From Candidatus Limnocylindrales bacterium (lineage in GTDB: Bacteria; Moduliflexota; Moduliflexia; Moduliflexales; JAUQPW01): a DNA stretch of 64,000 nt. The stretch is from positions 1 through 64,000 of the forward strand of contig DATMBG010000052.1 in the NCBI GenBank assembly GCA_035559535.1. Reading direction: 5' to 3'. Each line of letters opens with the position of its first letter. Positions within the stretch are counted from its first letter, which is position 1. Made by a program: the position numbers and the translations under genes. The notes under the pieces were generated by a model. That model ran no database searches and was not told the origin of the DNA. It worked only from the letters and a program-made list of their open reading frames with translations. This document shows positions 20,399-31,238 of the stretch, piece by piece.

Positions 20399-21258
20399 CA
20401 CTCTCCAGGGTATTCATAAAAGCCTTTTCCGGTTTTTCTTCCCAGGTGGCCTGCATCGACCATTTTTCTTAGTAAGGGGCAGGGGCGGTATTTAGAGTCT
20501 CCAAAACCCTTATACAGGGTCTCCATAATAGCCAGGCAGACATCCAAACCGATAAAATCGGCCAGTTCCAGGGGTCCCATGGGTTGATTGGTACCTAACT
20601 TCATCATGGTATCGATGGCTTCCTTGGTGGCAACCCCTTCCTGGAGGGCAAATATGGCCTCGTTGATCATAGGCATGAAAATTCGATTTACAGCAAAACC
20701 CGGGGAGTCTTGAGCTTCGGCAACTACTTTATCTAGCTTTTCACAAACAGATCGGGTAACCTGGAAAGTCTCTTCGCTGGTCAGGTATCCTCGAATCACT
20801 TCAACGAGTTTCATGAGGGGAGGGGGATTCATAAAGTGCATGCCAATAACTTTCTGAGGACGTTTTGTTGCGGCACCTAATCGGGTGATGGATATGGAAG
20901 AGGTATTGCTGGCCAGAATCACCTCTTTTTCACAGATTTCATCCAGCTTTTTAAAAAGCTCCAGCTTAAGATCCTCTTTCTCGCTGGCTGCTTCTATCAC
21001 AAAGTGGACCTCTCTGAGGTCTTTTAGCCCGGTTGTCCCCCGAATTCGCCCCAAAACCTGATCTTTCTCCTGGGGTGTTAATTTCCCTTTACTCACCATT
21101 TTATTTAATCCCGAAGCAATCTTCTCCTGACCTTTTTGAACCAACTCCTGGGTTATATCTACCAGGGTGACCTCGTAGCCGGATACTGCACAAATCTGAG
21201 CAATTCCATGACCCATAGTTCCGGCGCCGATTACGCCGATTTTTTTAATTTCTGTCAT
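20398..21258 (-). CDS. hbd: 3-hydroxybutyryl-CoA dehydrogenase
   Basis: GAGTMG Rossmann motif, [21 protein letters not shown]. Confidence 0.93.
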   Translation of the reverse strand: MTEIKKIGVIGAGTMGHGIAQICAVSGYEVTLVDITQELVQKGQEKIASGLNKMVSKGKLTPQEKDQVLGRIRGTTGLKDLREVHFVIEAASEKEDLKLELFKKLDEICEKEVILASNTSSISITRLGAATKRPQKVIGMHFMNPPPLMKLVEVIRGYLTSEETFQVTRSVCEKLDKVVAEAQDSPGFAVNRIFMPMINEAIFALQEGVATKEAIDTMMKLGTNQPMGPLELADFIGLDVCLAIMETLYKGFGDSKYRPCPLLRKMVDAGHLGRKTGKGFYEYPGE

Positions 21259-21350
21259 TTGCTCGTTGTCCGTAATTTTTTGCCTCAGAGGCCTAGTAGA
21301 TACAGAGAAAAGTAAAAATTTACCTCTGCATTTTCTGTGCCTCCGCGGTT

Positions 21351-22547
21351 TTATCTTTTAACCACCATAGCCACTGCGTTACCTCCGCCCAGGCAGAGCG
21401 TTACCAGGCCTGTTCGCACGTCCCGTTCCATCATTTCGTAAAGTAAAGTAGTCAAAATGCGGGCTCCTGTAGCCCCGATGGGATGGCCCAGGGCTACAGC
21501 GCCACCGTTGACATTGACCTTATCCAGGCTCAGACCTAATTCCCTACAAACGGCCAGGACTGCAACCGAAAACGCCTCGTTCAATTCCACCAGGTCAATG
21601 TCATCCAGGGAGAGTCCCGTTTTTTCCAGTACTTTTCTAACTGCCACCACCGGGGCCATCATAACCCATTCCGGGGCCAGTCCACCCGTTGCATAGCCTA
21701 CAATAGAAGCCAGGGGTCGAATCCCCAGCTCTTCCGCTTTCTCTCGAGATGTCACGACTACGGCTGCAGCCCCATCACTGATACCCGGCGCATTTCCGGC
21801 CGTAATGGTTCCATTTTCTTTAAAAGCCGGTTTCAGTTGGGCTAACTGCTCCAGGCTGGTTTCCCGAGGGTCTTCATCGGTATCAAAAAGAAAGGTAGGG
21901 TGATCCTGTCGGGACCTGTCTCCCTTCTTCTGGGGAACTTCTACCGGGACGATTTCTTTTTTGAACTTGCCGGTAGCAATGGCCTGTAAAGCTCGTTGGT
22001 AACTCTGAAGAGCATATTCATCCTGTTCCCTTCGGCCGATCCCGTATTTTTCAGCGACCAACTCTCCGGTGTTTCCCATATGAAAGTCATTATAAACATC
22101 CCAAAGCCCATCCCAGATCATTAGATCCAGTAATCTTCCATGCCCCATTCGATAACCGTTCCGGGCTCTATCTAAGGCATAAGGGGCCTGACTCATGTTT
22201 TCCATGCCTCCTGCCACAACAACCTGAGCGTCTCCCAAAGCTACAGCCTGAGCGGCTAAAACAACAGCTTTTAGCCCGGAGGCGCAAACTTTATTAATCG
22301 TCAAAGCTGAAACCGCAGGCGGTAATCCGGCTCCCAATGCCGCTTGCCTGGCAGGTGCCTGCCCGAGCCCTGCCGAGAGGACATTGCCCATAATCACCTC
22401 GTCGACCAAATCTTTAGAAATTCCTGCTCTTCGGATAGCCTCTTCAATCACCAGGCTTCCGAGTTTGGTAGCTTTAATAGAGCTCAAGGATCCATTAAAA
22501 CTCCCAATAGGTGTACGGGCTGCACTAATAATGACGACTTCTTTCAT
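21351..22547 (-). CDS. Acetyl-CoA C-acetyltransferase (canonical thiolase)
   Basis: [24 protein letters not shown]: all catalytic motifs present. Confidence 0.95.
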   Translation of the reverse strand: MKEVVIISAARTPIGSFNGSLSSIKATKLGSLVIEEAIRRAGISKDLVDEVIMGNVLSAGLGQAPARQAALGAGLPPAVSALTINKVCASGLKAVVLAAQAVALGDAQVVVAGGMENMSQAPYALDRARNGYRMGHGRLLDLMIWDGLWDVYNDFHMGNTGELVAEKYGIGRREQDEYALQSYQRALQAIATGKFKKEIVPVEVPQKKGDRSRQDHPTFLFDTDEDPRETSLEQLAQLKPAFKENGTITAGNAPGISDGAAAVVVTSREKAEELGIRPLASIVGYATGGLAPEWVMMAPVVAVRKVLEKTGLSLDDIDLVELNEAFSVAVLAVCRELGLSLDKVNVNGGAVALGHPIGATGARILTTLLYEMMERDVRTGLVTLCLGGGNAVAMVVKR

Positions 22548-22620
22548 AAGGATATAGAACAGGAGAATTAAGAGAAAGGGAAGGTAATACGTTGTAAAGT
22601 TGATTCTGTGTAACTCTCTC

Positions 22621-22673
22621 CCCTCACCTCCGGCCCCTCTCCCACGCTGCGGGAGAGGGGCCGGAGGTGAGGG
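22621..22673. repeat. CCCTC-type REP, perfect 23-bp inverted repeat
   Basis: CCCTCACCTCCGGCCCCTCTCCC-ACGCTGC-GGGAGAGGGGCCGGAGGTGAGGG; related copies at ~53721-53753 and ~63870-63980. Confidence 0.8.
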
Positions 22674-22692
22674 CCGCGTAGTAGGTCCAGAA

Positions 22693-23103
22693 TTATTTTA
22701 ACTTCGATTCAGAGAGTTCTTGTAACTTCTTGACCATACGTTCCCGATACTCTTGAATCTCCTTTTTCAACTGCTCCAGTTGATTGATCCGATCATCCAC
22801 CCGAGCCAAATGTTCATCTAAGAGCTCAATAAGCCGGGGAAGAACTTTTTCGTTGGTTCTGTGAATTCGATAAATATCTTCCAGTTCGAGCATTTCGGCT
22901 AGAGATAGTCCTAAACATTTTAGTTTCTGAATAAATCGTATCCGCTGATAATCCGCCTGGGTATAAATCCTCTTTCCATTCTCCGTCCGTTTAACCGTAC
23001 TCATTAAACCGATTTCTTCGTAATATCGAATCGTTCGAGTGCTGATTCCTACACGCCTGGCAAGTTCACCAATCTGCATGTAGCCTTCGGATTGGTCTTG
23101 CAT
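22693..23103 (-). CDS. MerR-family regulator, LiuR-like
   Basis: [26 protein letters not shown] plus coiled coil; heads the acyl-CoA cluster; LiuR-type box just upstream. Confidence 0.88.
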   Translation of the reverse strand: MQDQSEGYMQIGELARRVGISTRTIRYYEEIGLMSTVKRTENGKRIYTQADYQRIRFIQKLKCLGLSLAEMLELEDIYRIHRTNEKVLPRLIELLDEHLARVDDRINQLEQLKKEIQEYRERMVKKLQELSESKLK

Positions 23104-23123
23104 TTTAATAACTCCTTTTCCCA

Positions 23124-23141
23124 GTTTACGTAAACGTAATG
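23124..23141. promoter_or_regulatory. LiuR-type operator
   Basis: GTTTACGTAAACGTAATG matches the LiuR consensus TTTACGTwwACGTAAA; lies ~20 nt upstream of the regulator ATG, next to its SD. Confidence 0.75.
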
Positions 23142-23423
23142 TTTAGGGGAATAAAAAAAGCCTTTTCTACAAATTATTTTCAGACAAAAGTAAATTAAAA
23201 TGATTCTCAATCTACCCTTATGAATGCTTCAGTCCTGGGGGTTTGTCAAGGAAAATAAGAAATATCTCGAAAATCGAAACTTCCAGAATAATTTTCTTGC
23301 ATTTCCAAAAATTAAAGGTAAAAATAAGATAACTTGTTAAAACTTTGTGAACAAGCTCCCAGCCTCAAGGAAAGATTTCTTCTTATTAGGAAACTATAAA
23401 TCAACACAGCGTAAAAGGGTAGT

Positions 23424-24218
23424 ATGGTCCAGTTATGTTTAGAGAATCTCCATCTTCGGTTTGGAGGAGTTAAAGCCTTAGACGGAGTCAGCCTGGAAGT
23501 TAAAAGAGGGGAGTTATTTGCTCTTATTGGTCCCAATGGAGCCGGAAAGACCAGTATCTTCAATTGCATCAGCGGACTTTACAAACCCCAGGAAGGGAGG
23601 ATTCTCTTTGAAGGGGAGGACCTGATCCCACTCAAGCCCCATCAGATTGCAGCACGTGGCATTGCGAGGACTTTTCAAAATATTGAACTTTTTAAAGGAA
23701 TGACGGTACTGGACAATATCAAACTGGGGCGGCATATTCATTTAAAATCCGGAGTTTTTGCAAGCAGTTTCTTCTACGGTAAAGCCCGGTCTGAGGAGCT
23801 GGCCCATCGTAAAATCATTGAGGAGAAGGTCATCGATTTACTGGAGATCCAGGGAATTCGAAAAAAGATCGTAGGGACTCTACCCTATGGCCTCCAAAAA
23901 CGCGTGGAACTGGCCCGGGCCTTGGCGATGGAACCCCGGCTCTTGCTCCTGGATGAACCCATGGCTGGTATGAATGTAGAAGAAACAGAGGACATGGCCC
24001 GATTTATTTTGGATATTAAAGAGGAGATGGGTATGACTCTAATCATGATCGAGCATGATATGGGGGTGGTCATGGACATTTCGGATCGGGTCTGCGTATT
24101 GGATTTTGGTAAAAAAATAGCCGAGGGTCTTCCACGGGAAATTCAACAAAATCCCCATGTTATTAATGCTTATTTAGGTAAAGAGGATGAATTTTTAACT
24201 TCCAGCAAGGGCTACTAA
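23424..24218 (+). CDS. ABC transporter ATP-binding protein (LivG-like)
   Basis: GPNGAGKT, ARTFQN, LPYGLQKRVELARAL, LLDEP. Confidence 0.93.
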   Translation: MVQLCLENLHLRFGGVKALDGVSLEVKRGELFALIGPNGAGKTSIFNCISGLYKPQEGRILFEGEDLIPLKPHQIAARGIARTFQNIELFKGMTVLDNIKLGRHIHLKSGVFASSFFYGKARSEELAHRKIIEEKVIDLLEIQGIRKKIVGTLPYGLQKRVELARALAMEPRLLLLDEPMAGMNVEETEDMARFILDIKEEMGMTLIMIEHDMGVVMDISDRVCVLDFGKKIAEGLPREIQQNPHVINAYLGKEDEFLTSSKGY

Positions 24219-24305
24219 AGGCTATGAAGGGTCCAGATAACCGCTGGGTTACCTCTATCGATCGGTCCTTCGGGATTCCCGGTGGATTATCTTTTCTTGT
24301 CGTTC

Positions 24306-26204
24306 ATGAATCTGACACTACCGAAGCTTTTGGCTCAAAATGCAAAAAAATTTGGAGATAAAAAAATTGCCATTCGGGAAAAGGAATTTGGAATCTGGCA
24401 AGAGGTTACGTGGAAGGCTTATTACGAAAATGTGAAAGCGCTTTCTCTGGGTTTGATCAGCCTGGGCTTTGAAAGGGGGGATACCCTTGCCATTCTAGGC
24501 GATAATCGACCCGAGTGGATTTATACCGAGCTGGCTGCTCAAGCCGCCGGGGGAATTTCTGCAGGGATTTATCCGGATAGTTTACCAGAGCAGGTTCAAT
24601 ATATTACCGATCATTCCGATGCCAAGTTCATTATGGTGGAGGATCAAGAACAAACCGACAAGGTATTGGAGGTTAAAGATCGGCTTCCCAAATTAAAAAA
24701 AATCATTGTAGATGATTGGAAAGGCTTACGACATTATCGGGATCCTGCCTTAATCGACTTTAAACAGGTACAGGAGCTAGGCCGAGAATTAGAAAGAAAA
24801 GCTCCTGGTTTGTTTGAGGAAAATTTAGAGAAAGGGAGCCCGGAGGATGTTGCCATTCTCTGTTATACCTCTGGTACCACCGGTTTTCCCAAGGGAGCCA
24901 TGTTGTGCCATCGAAACCTTATCAGCATGGCTATGAATCTGGATCAGGTAGATCCGGCTTATGAAACCGATAATTTCGTTTCCTTCCTTCCTCTTCCCTG
25001 GATCGGTGAGCAGATGATGTCCATTTCCTGGGCCCTGGTTAAAGGTTTTACCGTTAACTTTCCGGAATCGGTGGATACGGTGCGGGAAAACATTCGAGAG
25101 ATCGGCCCTCATTTGATGTTTGCACCCCCTCGCATTTGGGAAAAGCTGTGCTCCGACTATCAGGTTAGAATTCAGGATGCCAGTTGGTTAAAAAGGAAAG
25201 TGGCGCAATTTTGTATGCCCATCGGAATGAAGATAGCGGATATGAAACTTCAAAAGAAGATTATCCCTCTTCAGTGGAAGGCTCTATATGCACTGGCCCA
25301 TTTCCTTATGTTTCGGGCTTTAAAAGATCGGTTCGGCTTAACCTTCCTTCGAAACGTTTACACCGGGGGCGCTGCTCTGGGACCTGATGTATTCAAGTTT
25401 TTCCAGGCTATTGGAGTCAGAATCAAACAGATTTACGGTCAAACCGAGATAGCCGGGATCTCGGTCGTCCACCGCAATGATGATATCAAGCTGGAAACGG
25501 TCGGTTTACCTATTCCCAATACCGAGATAAGAATTTCGGATACCGGTGAGATTTTATCCCGAAGCCCCAGTGTCTTTTTAGGTTATTACAAAGACCCGGA
25601 GGCCACTGCCAAAACCCTGGCCGGGGGATGGCTCCATTCAGGGGATGCGGGGCTTATCGATGAAGATGGGCATCTGGTTGTCATCGACCGACTGAAAGAT
25701 GTCATGCAGCTTACTGACGGAACCAAGTTTTCTCCTCAGTTTATTGAGAACAAGCTTAAATATAGTCCTTATATTGCCGAAGCCGTGGTCATCGGTAAAG
25801 GCCGGCCTTATGTTACCGCTTTAATCAATATGGATATGGCTAACACCGGAAAATGGGCCGAAGATCATCGGATCACCTATACGACGTTTACGGACCTTTC
25901 TCAAAAACCGGAGGTGTACCGTCTAATCGAAGAGGAGATCAGGCGGGTTAATCGAGAGTTACCCAAAGCGGCCCGGATTCACAAGTTTGTAATGCTTTAC
26001 AAAGAACTGGATGCCGACGACGATGAATTAACTCGAACCCGAAAGCTCCGCCGGAGTTTCATAGAAACCCGTTATAAACCTCTTATCGAAGCCATGTATG
26101 AAGATCGTTCGGAAATCCAGGTAGAGGCCGAAGTCAAATACCGAGACGGTCGGGAAGTTCTACTTCAAACGGTTATTAAAGTAGGAGTTTTAGAGGAAGG
26201 ATGA
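24306..26204 (+). CDS. Long-chain acyl-CoA synthetase (AMP-binding)
   Basis: YTSGTTGFPKG, YGQTE, WLHSGD, TRTRKLRR; ATG 24306. Confidence 0.93.
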   Translation: MNLTLPKLLAQNAKKFGDKKIAIREKEFGIWQEVTWKAYYENVKALSLGLISLGFERGDTLAILGDNRPEWIYTELAAQAAGGISAGIYPDSLPEQVQYITDHSDAKFIMVEDQEQTDKVLEVKDRLPKLKKIIVDDWKGLRHYRDPALIDFKQVQELGRELERKAPGLFEENLEKGSPEDVAILCYTSGTTGFPKGAMLCHRNLISMAMNLDQVDPAYETDNFVSFLPLPWIGEQMMSISWALVKGFTVNFPESVDTVRENIREIGPHLMFAPPRIWEKLCSDYQVRIQDASWLKRKVAQFCMPIGMKIADMKLQKKIIPLQWKALYALAHFLMFRALKDRFGLTFLRNVYTGGAALGPDVFKFFQAIGVRIKQIYGQTEIAGISVVHRNDDIKLETVGLPIPNTEIRISDTGEILSRSPSVFLGYYKDPEATAKTLAGGWLHSGDAGLIDEDGHLVVIDRLKDVMQLTDGTKFSPQFIENKLKYSPYIAEAVVIGKGRPYVTALINMDMANTGKWAEDHRITYTTFTDLSQKPEVYRLIEEEIRRVNRELPKAARIHKFVMLYKELDADDDELTRTRKLRRSFIETRYKPLIEAMYEDRSEIQVEAEVKYRDGREVLLQTVIKVGVLEEG

Positions 26205-26208
26205 GGAA

Positions 26209-26283
26209 AGTGTAGGAGTATGGGAGTATAGGAGAATATACTTCCATACTTCCATACCCCCACACTCCCATACTCCTATACCT
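26209..26283. repeat. Octamer-unit inverted tandem array
   Basis: GTAGGAGTATGGGAGTATAGGAG / CTTCCATACTTCCATACCCCCACACTCCCATACTCCTATAC. Confidence 0.85.
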
Positions 26284-26292
26284 TTAAAATAC

Positions 26293-27180
26293 ATGGATTT
26301 CTTCCTTCAACTGGTTGTAAACGGAATAGTAGTCGGAAGCATTTATGCCCTGGTTGCGTTGGGATTTGTTTTGATCTATAAAGCTTCCGGGATTCTCAAC
26401 CTGGCCCAGGGAGAGTTTCTCATGGTCGGGGCTTATATTTTCTTTGCCATTGTTGATCAATTCCATGTACCCTTGCTTCCGGCCTTTTTTTTAACCCTCC
26501 TTTTCTCGTTTATATTAGGGCTCTTGATAGAGCGATGGGTTCTCAGGCCTTTGATAGGAGAACCGGTTATATCTGTCATTATGGTCACTTTGGGACTTGC
26601 CAGTGTACTACGGGCCCTGGTCCAGGCCTTCTATGGTACGGATACACGACCCTTTCCTGAGTTTTTTTCTCAAAAACCCGTCAATCTATTGGGAATTCCT
26701 GTCGCGACCAGTTATATCGGAAGCTTTATCTGTGTAAGTTTGTTGGTCGTTTTATTTTCCATATTTTTTAAATATACCAAAACGGGTATTGCCATGCGGG
26801 CCACGGCCAGTGACCAGCAAGCTGCCATGTCCATGGGAATTAGTATTAAAAGGATTTTCGCTATTTCCTGGAGTATTGCCGCGGTGGTTTCAGCCATAGG
26901 AGGCATTCTCCTGGGAAATATTCGCGGAGGAATAGATGGATCCCTGGTTTTTCTCGGTTTGAAAGTGATCCCGGTCGTTATCTTAGGGGGTCTGGACAGT
27001 ATTCTTGGAGCCATTTTAGGTGGACTCCTGATAGGAGTTTTTGAGAACCTGGCCGGAGGTTATTTAGATCCTTTCTTTGGGGGAGGGGTTAAGGAAGTAG
27101 CCCCCTTTGTTATTCTGGTTTTAATTTTAATGATTAAACCTTATGGATTATTCGGGACCGAGGAGATAGAGCGGGTGTAG
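26293..27180 (+). CDS. ABC transporter permease (LivH-like)
   Basis: NGIVVGSIYALVALGFVLIY, NLAQGE, GIAMRA, KPYGLFG. Confidence 0.92.
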   Translation: MDFFLQLVVNGIVVGSIYALVALGFVLIYKASGILNLAQGEFLMVGAYIFFAIVDQFHVPLLPAFFLTLLFSFILGLLIERWVLRPLIGEPVISVIMVTLGLASVLRALVQAFYGTDTRPFPEFFSQKPVNLLGIPVATSYIGSFICVSLLVVLFSIFFKYTKTGIAMRATASDQQAAMSMGISIKRIFAISWSIAAVVSAIGGILLGNIRGGIDGSLVFLGLKVIPVVILGGLDSILGAILGGLLIGVFENLAGGYLDPFFGGGVKEVAPFVILVLILMIKPYGLFGTEEIERV

Positions 27181-27250
27181 TACAAAGAAGCAAGGGCAAG
27201 AAGCAGGAGTAAAAAATTCTTGTTTCTTGCTTCTTCCATTTCTCCAACTT

Positions 27251-28300
27251 ATGGTAGCAAAGTGCGGAGATTTTAAGCGCAGCTATTCTGAAGACGAGGC
27301 CATCTTCGAGACCCGTTTTGTACGAGCTTGTGTGGTAGGATGGATTATAGTCCTTTTTATTTTTCCGTTTCTTGCCAATAGTTATCTTCTGGATGTAGCC
27401 AATCAAATTGGTGTTGCGATTATCGGTGCCATAGGGTTGAATATCCTGACGGGATTTACCGGTCAGATTTCTATCGGTCATGCGGCTTTTCTTGCTATAG
27501 GTGCCTATACTTCGGCTATTTTAACCTCGAAAGTAGAATTTTCTTTCTGGATTTCACTTCCTCTGGCCGGTTTCATCACCGCTTTAATTGGTATGATTTT
27601 TGGCGTACCTTCCCTGAGACTCAAGGGGTTATATCTGGCCATGGCCACTTTCGCCGCCCATTTTATTACCGAATTTACTATCAATCATTGGGAAAGTCTG
27701 ACCAACGGAACGGCCGGAATCCTGGTTCCTCCTCCGGCTATAGGTACCTTTCAATTTGATACCGATCAACGCATGTACTTTATTATTTTCATCACGGCGA
27801 TTCTGCTAACCTTTTTTGCCAGAAACCTTTTTCGTACAAAAGTAGGTAGGGCCTTTATTGCTATTCGAGATCGAGATATTTCTGCGGCTGTTATGGGGGT
27901 TAATCTATTTAAATATAAGCTGCTGGCTTTTGCCATTAGTTCTTTCTATGCAGGGATCGCAGGCGCTTTACTGGCACACCACCGTAAAATTATCACACCC
28001 GAGAACTTTCCCATTTGGGAGGCTATTCGATATTTGGCTATGATCATCATAGGAGGTCTGGGGAGTATCTTGGGTTCCATTTATGGAGCCATTTTCATGA
28101 TCCTGTTGGATGAGATCCTTAGAAATATCACCACCACCCTAAGTGGCATATTTCCCCATATGGTGGGTTTATTAGCTTCTTTAAGGGAAGGGGTATTCGG
28201 TGTAACGATTATTCTTTTTTTAATTTTTGAACCCGATGGACTCGCAGCACGCTGGTATACCATTCGAAGTTATTGGAAACTCTGGCCGTTTTCATATTAA
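27251..28300 (+). CDS. ABC transporter permease (LivM-like)
   Basis: GLNILTGFTGQISIGHAAF, LRLKGLYLA, GRAFIAIRD; ATG 27251. Confidence 0.92.
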   Translation: MVAKCGDFKRSYSEDEAIFETRFVRACVVGWIIVLFIFPFLANSYLLDVANQIGVAIIGAIGLNILTGFTGQISIGHAAFLAIGAYTSAILTSKVEFSFWISLPLAGFITALIGMIFGVPSLRLKGLYLAMATFAAHFITEFTINHWESLTNGTAGILVPPPAIGTFQFDTDQRMYFIIFITAILLTFFARNLFRTKVGRAFIAIRDRDISAAVMGVNLFKYKLLAFAISSFYAGIAGALLAHHRKIITPENFPIWEAIRYLAMIIIGGLGSILGSIYGAIFMILLDEILRNITTTLSGIFPHMVGLLASLREGVFGVTIILFLIFEPDGLAARWYTIRSYWKLWPFSY

Positions 28301-28351
28301 ACTTTCCTGACCTTCTGGATTGCCTACTCTTTTTAATTTGAATGAAATTTG

Positions 28352-28380
28352 TTGACAGGTTCCCCCCTGTTTGATAGCGT
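28352..28380 (+). promoter_or_regulatory. Putative sigma70 promoter of the inserted block
   Basis: TTGACA-N17-TAGCGT; strong SD AAGGAGG before 28494. Confidence 0.55.
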
Positions 28381-28493
28381 CTCATCTTAGATGATGCCGT
28401 TCCGGTATCTTCGATTCAGCTACCAGAAAGATAGGTCATAACCAGATTCTGCTGGTTTATGCCTTGATTTAACCAAATAAGGAGGAATTAAGA

Positions 28494-29156
28494 ATGATGT
28501 CCGGATCTACAGGTAAACAGGGAAAAAAAACAGAGAATTCAAACAAGTTAGCCGAAGAGGATACGGTGGATAGACTGGGAAATATCGATCAGATTCGGGA
28601 TATTATTTTCGGTCCTCAATTGCGTGAATATAATCGTCGATTTGAGAAGATAGAAACCAGTCTATCCTCTCTCCAGGAGGAGGTAAGATCTCGTATTGAA
28701 GAAACCAAAAATACCCTATCGGCAGCTTTACGTACGGCCGTTGAATCCCTGGAGAAGAAGATCAGATCTCTTAATGCCAATGCCCAGGAAGAGTGGGGTA
28801 ATCTTCGGCAACAGCTTGAGCATATCGATAGAAAGTTCTCCAATAGCCTCGAAACCCTTAGCGGGGAAGTCGAGGCGAATACCAAATCTCTTCGGGAAGA
28901 TCTTTCACAAACCCGAAGTAAACTTCAGGACGATATTCGAATTCTGAAGACTCAAATCTATGAGGAACTGGATAGACGGCTCTCTCTACTTGGGGATGTT
29001 AAAGTTTCCAGGGATGATATGGCGGAAATTCTCGTTGAGCTTGGGATGAGGCTAAGGGGTGTCGAGTCTTTTTCAGAGCCCGTCATGAAAATTAAAGGAA
29101 CGGAGATCGTTCCTGCCCTGAAAGACGTGGTCCAGTCGGAAACAGAGGATGAATGA
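28494..29156 (+). CDS. Coiled-coil/apolipoprotein-like hypothetical protein (paralog A)
   Basis: All-helical amphipathic; DQIRDIIFGPQLREY N-terminal and DMAEILVELGMRL C-terminal motifs; strong SD. Confidence 0.8.
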   Translation: MMSGSTGKQGKKTENSNKLAEEDTVDRLGNIDQIRDIIFGPQLREYNRRFEKIETSLSSLQEEVRSRIEETKNTLSAALRTAVESLEKKIRSLNANAQEEWGNLRQQLEHIDRKFSNSLETLSGEVEANTKSLREDLSQTRSKLQDDIRILKTQIYEELDRRLSLLGDVKVSRDDMAEILVELGMRLRGVESFSEPVMKIKGTEIVPALKDVVQSETEDE

Positions 29157-29247
29157 TGGAGGATGAATGTAAGAACGATGAAGCGGTCCATGAGGAGATT
29201 ATCCCTCTATTTCTCGATTACTTCTACATTCATCGTCCGGGGTTTAG

Positions 29248-30849
29248 ATGGCGATATCAAAGAAAAGGCTATCCTACGGAAATGATCCAAAGAGTCTCCT
29301 CTCTGAAGTTATCGAGGCAGGGGATAACTCTGTAAGCGAGATTGAACGTTTAAGAACTCTACTTATCAAACCGGAGATTCAAGGATTATCTGAATTACGT
29401 CGCCAACTCACACATCTCCAACATCAAATCCAAAATCCCGAGAAGCTTATCCGTTTACTTCTGCCTGTGATTGCAGAACTTTTGAGCCGTAAAGTTGCCG
29501 AGTCGGGAGAACACCTGGCAAGTGTCCTGGCTCCCATTATGGATGAAGCAATACGGAAAAAAATCCAGCAGGATAGAGAGGCTATCACCAAAACTTTAGG
29601 TCCTATCCTCCTGGATGCCCTGAAGGATCAGATTCCATCATCCGAAAGGGAACTCGTTGAAATTTTAACTCCTGTCATCTCGAAAGCCCTTTTCCATCAG
29701 CTTAAGGAATCTTCCTGGGAAATAGTTACGGCTCTCGCCCCGGTCATGGAGGTTAAGATTAAAGAGCAACTGAATTCCCAAAGGGAGGAAATGGTTCATA
29801 CCCTTTATCCGGTTATTGGGCGTGCTACCATTAAATATCTATCTGAGGTACTAAAACATTTTATTCAGGGAGTGAACGAGAGCCTCTATAATTTTTTTTC
29901 AATTAAAAGGAGATCGCAAAAGGCTCGTTCTACATTATCTGAGCCGGATTCCACCTTAGCCGATTCCGGATTCACTTCTGCGCCTTCCCCTTATCCTCTA
30001 CTTATCATCACCTTCGTACTTCTAAGCCTGCTTTTCGTTCCCTGGGGCATATATTGGCAGAAAAACAAAGTGGATCGTTATACCGAAGCTAAAATAGCTG
30101 GAGCTTTAGCTTCGGTTCCCGAGCTGACTCTACATCCTCTTACGGTGAAGGTCTACCGGGATACCTTCAAACTTTCTGGATGGGTTCCCAATGAGTATCT
30201 TCGTTTACGGGCGGAACAGGTGGCCCGGGCAGTTGCTCCGACTTTAAAGCTAAAAAATATGATTCGCGCGGTTCCTGCCGATCCTTTAATTGCAGCGGCT
30301 GAGGTGAAACGGGTAGCTTCTATGGTGAATGAGATTGAAGGTGTCTCTATTTCGGCGAGTTATCGGGATGGTTCTGTAACCATCGAAGGTGTTGTTTTAT
30401 TTCCCATCGAAGAAAGGCTGGTTAAACCCTTTGAGCAAATTCCAGGGATTCGTAGCTTGCAGGTAAATGTCAGGCAGGGAAAACCCGGCCTTACTACCAG
30501 GATTTATTTTGATCCTGCCTCAGCCAGACTGAAGCCTTCCGAACTCGATAAAATAAGTCAGGTCAAGGAGTTTATGGATCAACATCCAAACTGGCGTCTC
30601 AAGATAATAGGCCACACAGATCTTAACGGTCCTATGGAAGGGAAACGTTCCCTGGCCTTGGGTCGGGCTGAGAATGTGAGAAAGGCTCTGATCCATTATG
30701 GAATCGAGGCCGACCGATTGCAGGTCGATGGAATTCCGGAACCGCCTTCCCATCAGGAGGCCGATCAATCCTTAAATCTGGGCAGATGTGTACGCTTTGA
30801 GCCTATAGAGCCGCCAGAGGAGCTGGTTTCGGGTTATCAAAGAAAATAA
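29248..30849 (+). CDS. Membrane-anchored BON + OmpA-like peptidoglycan-binding protein with helical-repeat N-terminus
   Basis: Repeated LxPxI helices, one TM (LLIITFVLLSLLFVPWGIYW), BON-like LSGWVP...AEQVAR...NMI, OmpA_C IYFD/IIGHTD/RAENVR/RCVRF. Confidence 0.85.
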   Translation: MAISKKRLSYGNDPKSLLSEVIEAGDNSVSEIERLRTLLIKPEIQGLSELRRQLTHLQHQIQNPEKLIRLLLPVIAELLSRKVAESGEHLASVLAPIMDEAIRKKIQQDREAITKTLGPILLDALKDQIPSSERELVEILTPVISKALFHQLKESSWEIVTALAPVMEVKIKEQLNSQREEMVHTLYPVIGRATIKYLSEVLKHFIQGVNESLYNFFSIKRRSQKARSTLSEPDSTLADSGFTSAPSPYPLLIITFVLLSLLFVPWGIYWQKNKVDRYTEAKIAGALASVPELTLHPLTVKVYRDTFKLSGWVPNEYLRLRAEQVARAVAPTLKLKNMIRAVPADPLIAAAEVKRVASMVNEIEGVSISASYRDGSVTIEGVVLFPIEERLVKPFEQIPGIRSLQVNVRQGKPGLTTRIYFDPASARLKPSELDKISQVKEFMDQHPNWRLKIIGHTDLNGPMEGKRSLALGRAENVRKALIHYGIEADRLQVDGIPEPPSHQEADQSLNLGRCVRFEPIEPPEELVSGYQRK

Positions 30850-31238
30850 CCATGTCCTTGACGCCTCAGAAAATGAACCTTGTTAAAGATCCCAGGGTAG
30901 ATACAACCGACCCCATTGATCGCTAAATCGGGCTTAATGGCGTGATAGATAAAGCAGAAATAAATTTTAAACTCCCCTTTATAGAAAAGCTTCGAAATTT
31001 CGGGGTCTTGTGATAGATTCAAAATCTAAGATCCAAAAGATTTTCACTCTAAAGTAATAAAAATCCTTAGAGGGTAGGGGGGCTATGTGTCTGATAAAAG
31101 GGGAAGAAGGACAATGCCTTTTCTGGTTAAGAATAAGAATCAGATTCCAGGCGGTCCTTGTCGGCATGTTTCAAGAGATGACCTTGTGCCCCAAGGGCCT
31201 TCCTGAAGGATCCTTCTCAAGTTGAGAAGGTATAAGGT

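Noticed and set aside
20178-20495. Short ORFs and N-terminal extensions rich in VWEYGS/PHTPILP (also near 11280-11492, 11963, 13186-13612, 37986)
   Set aside because: These are translations of the octamer repeat arrays, not credible proteins.
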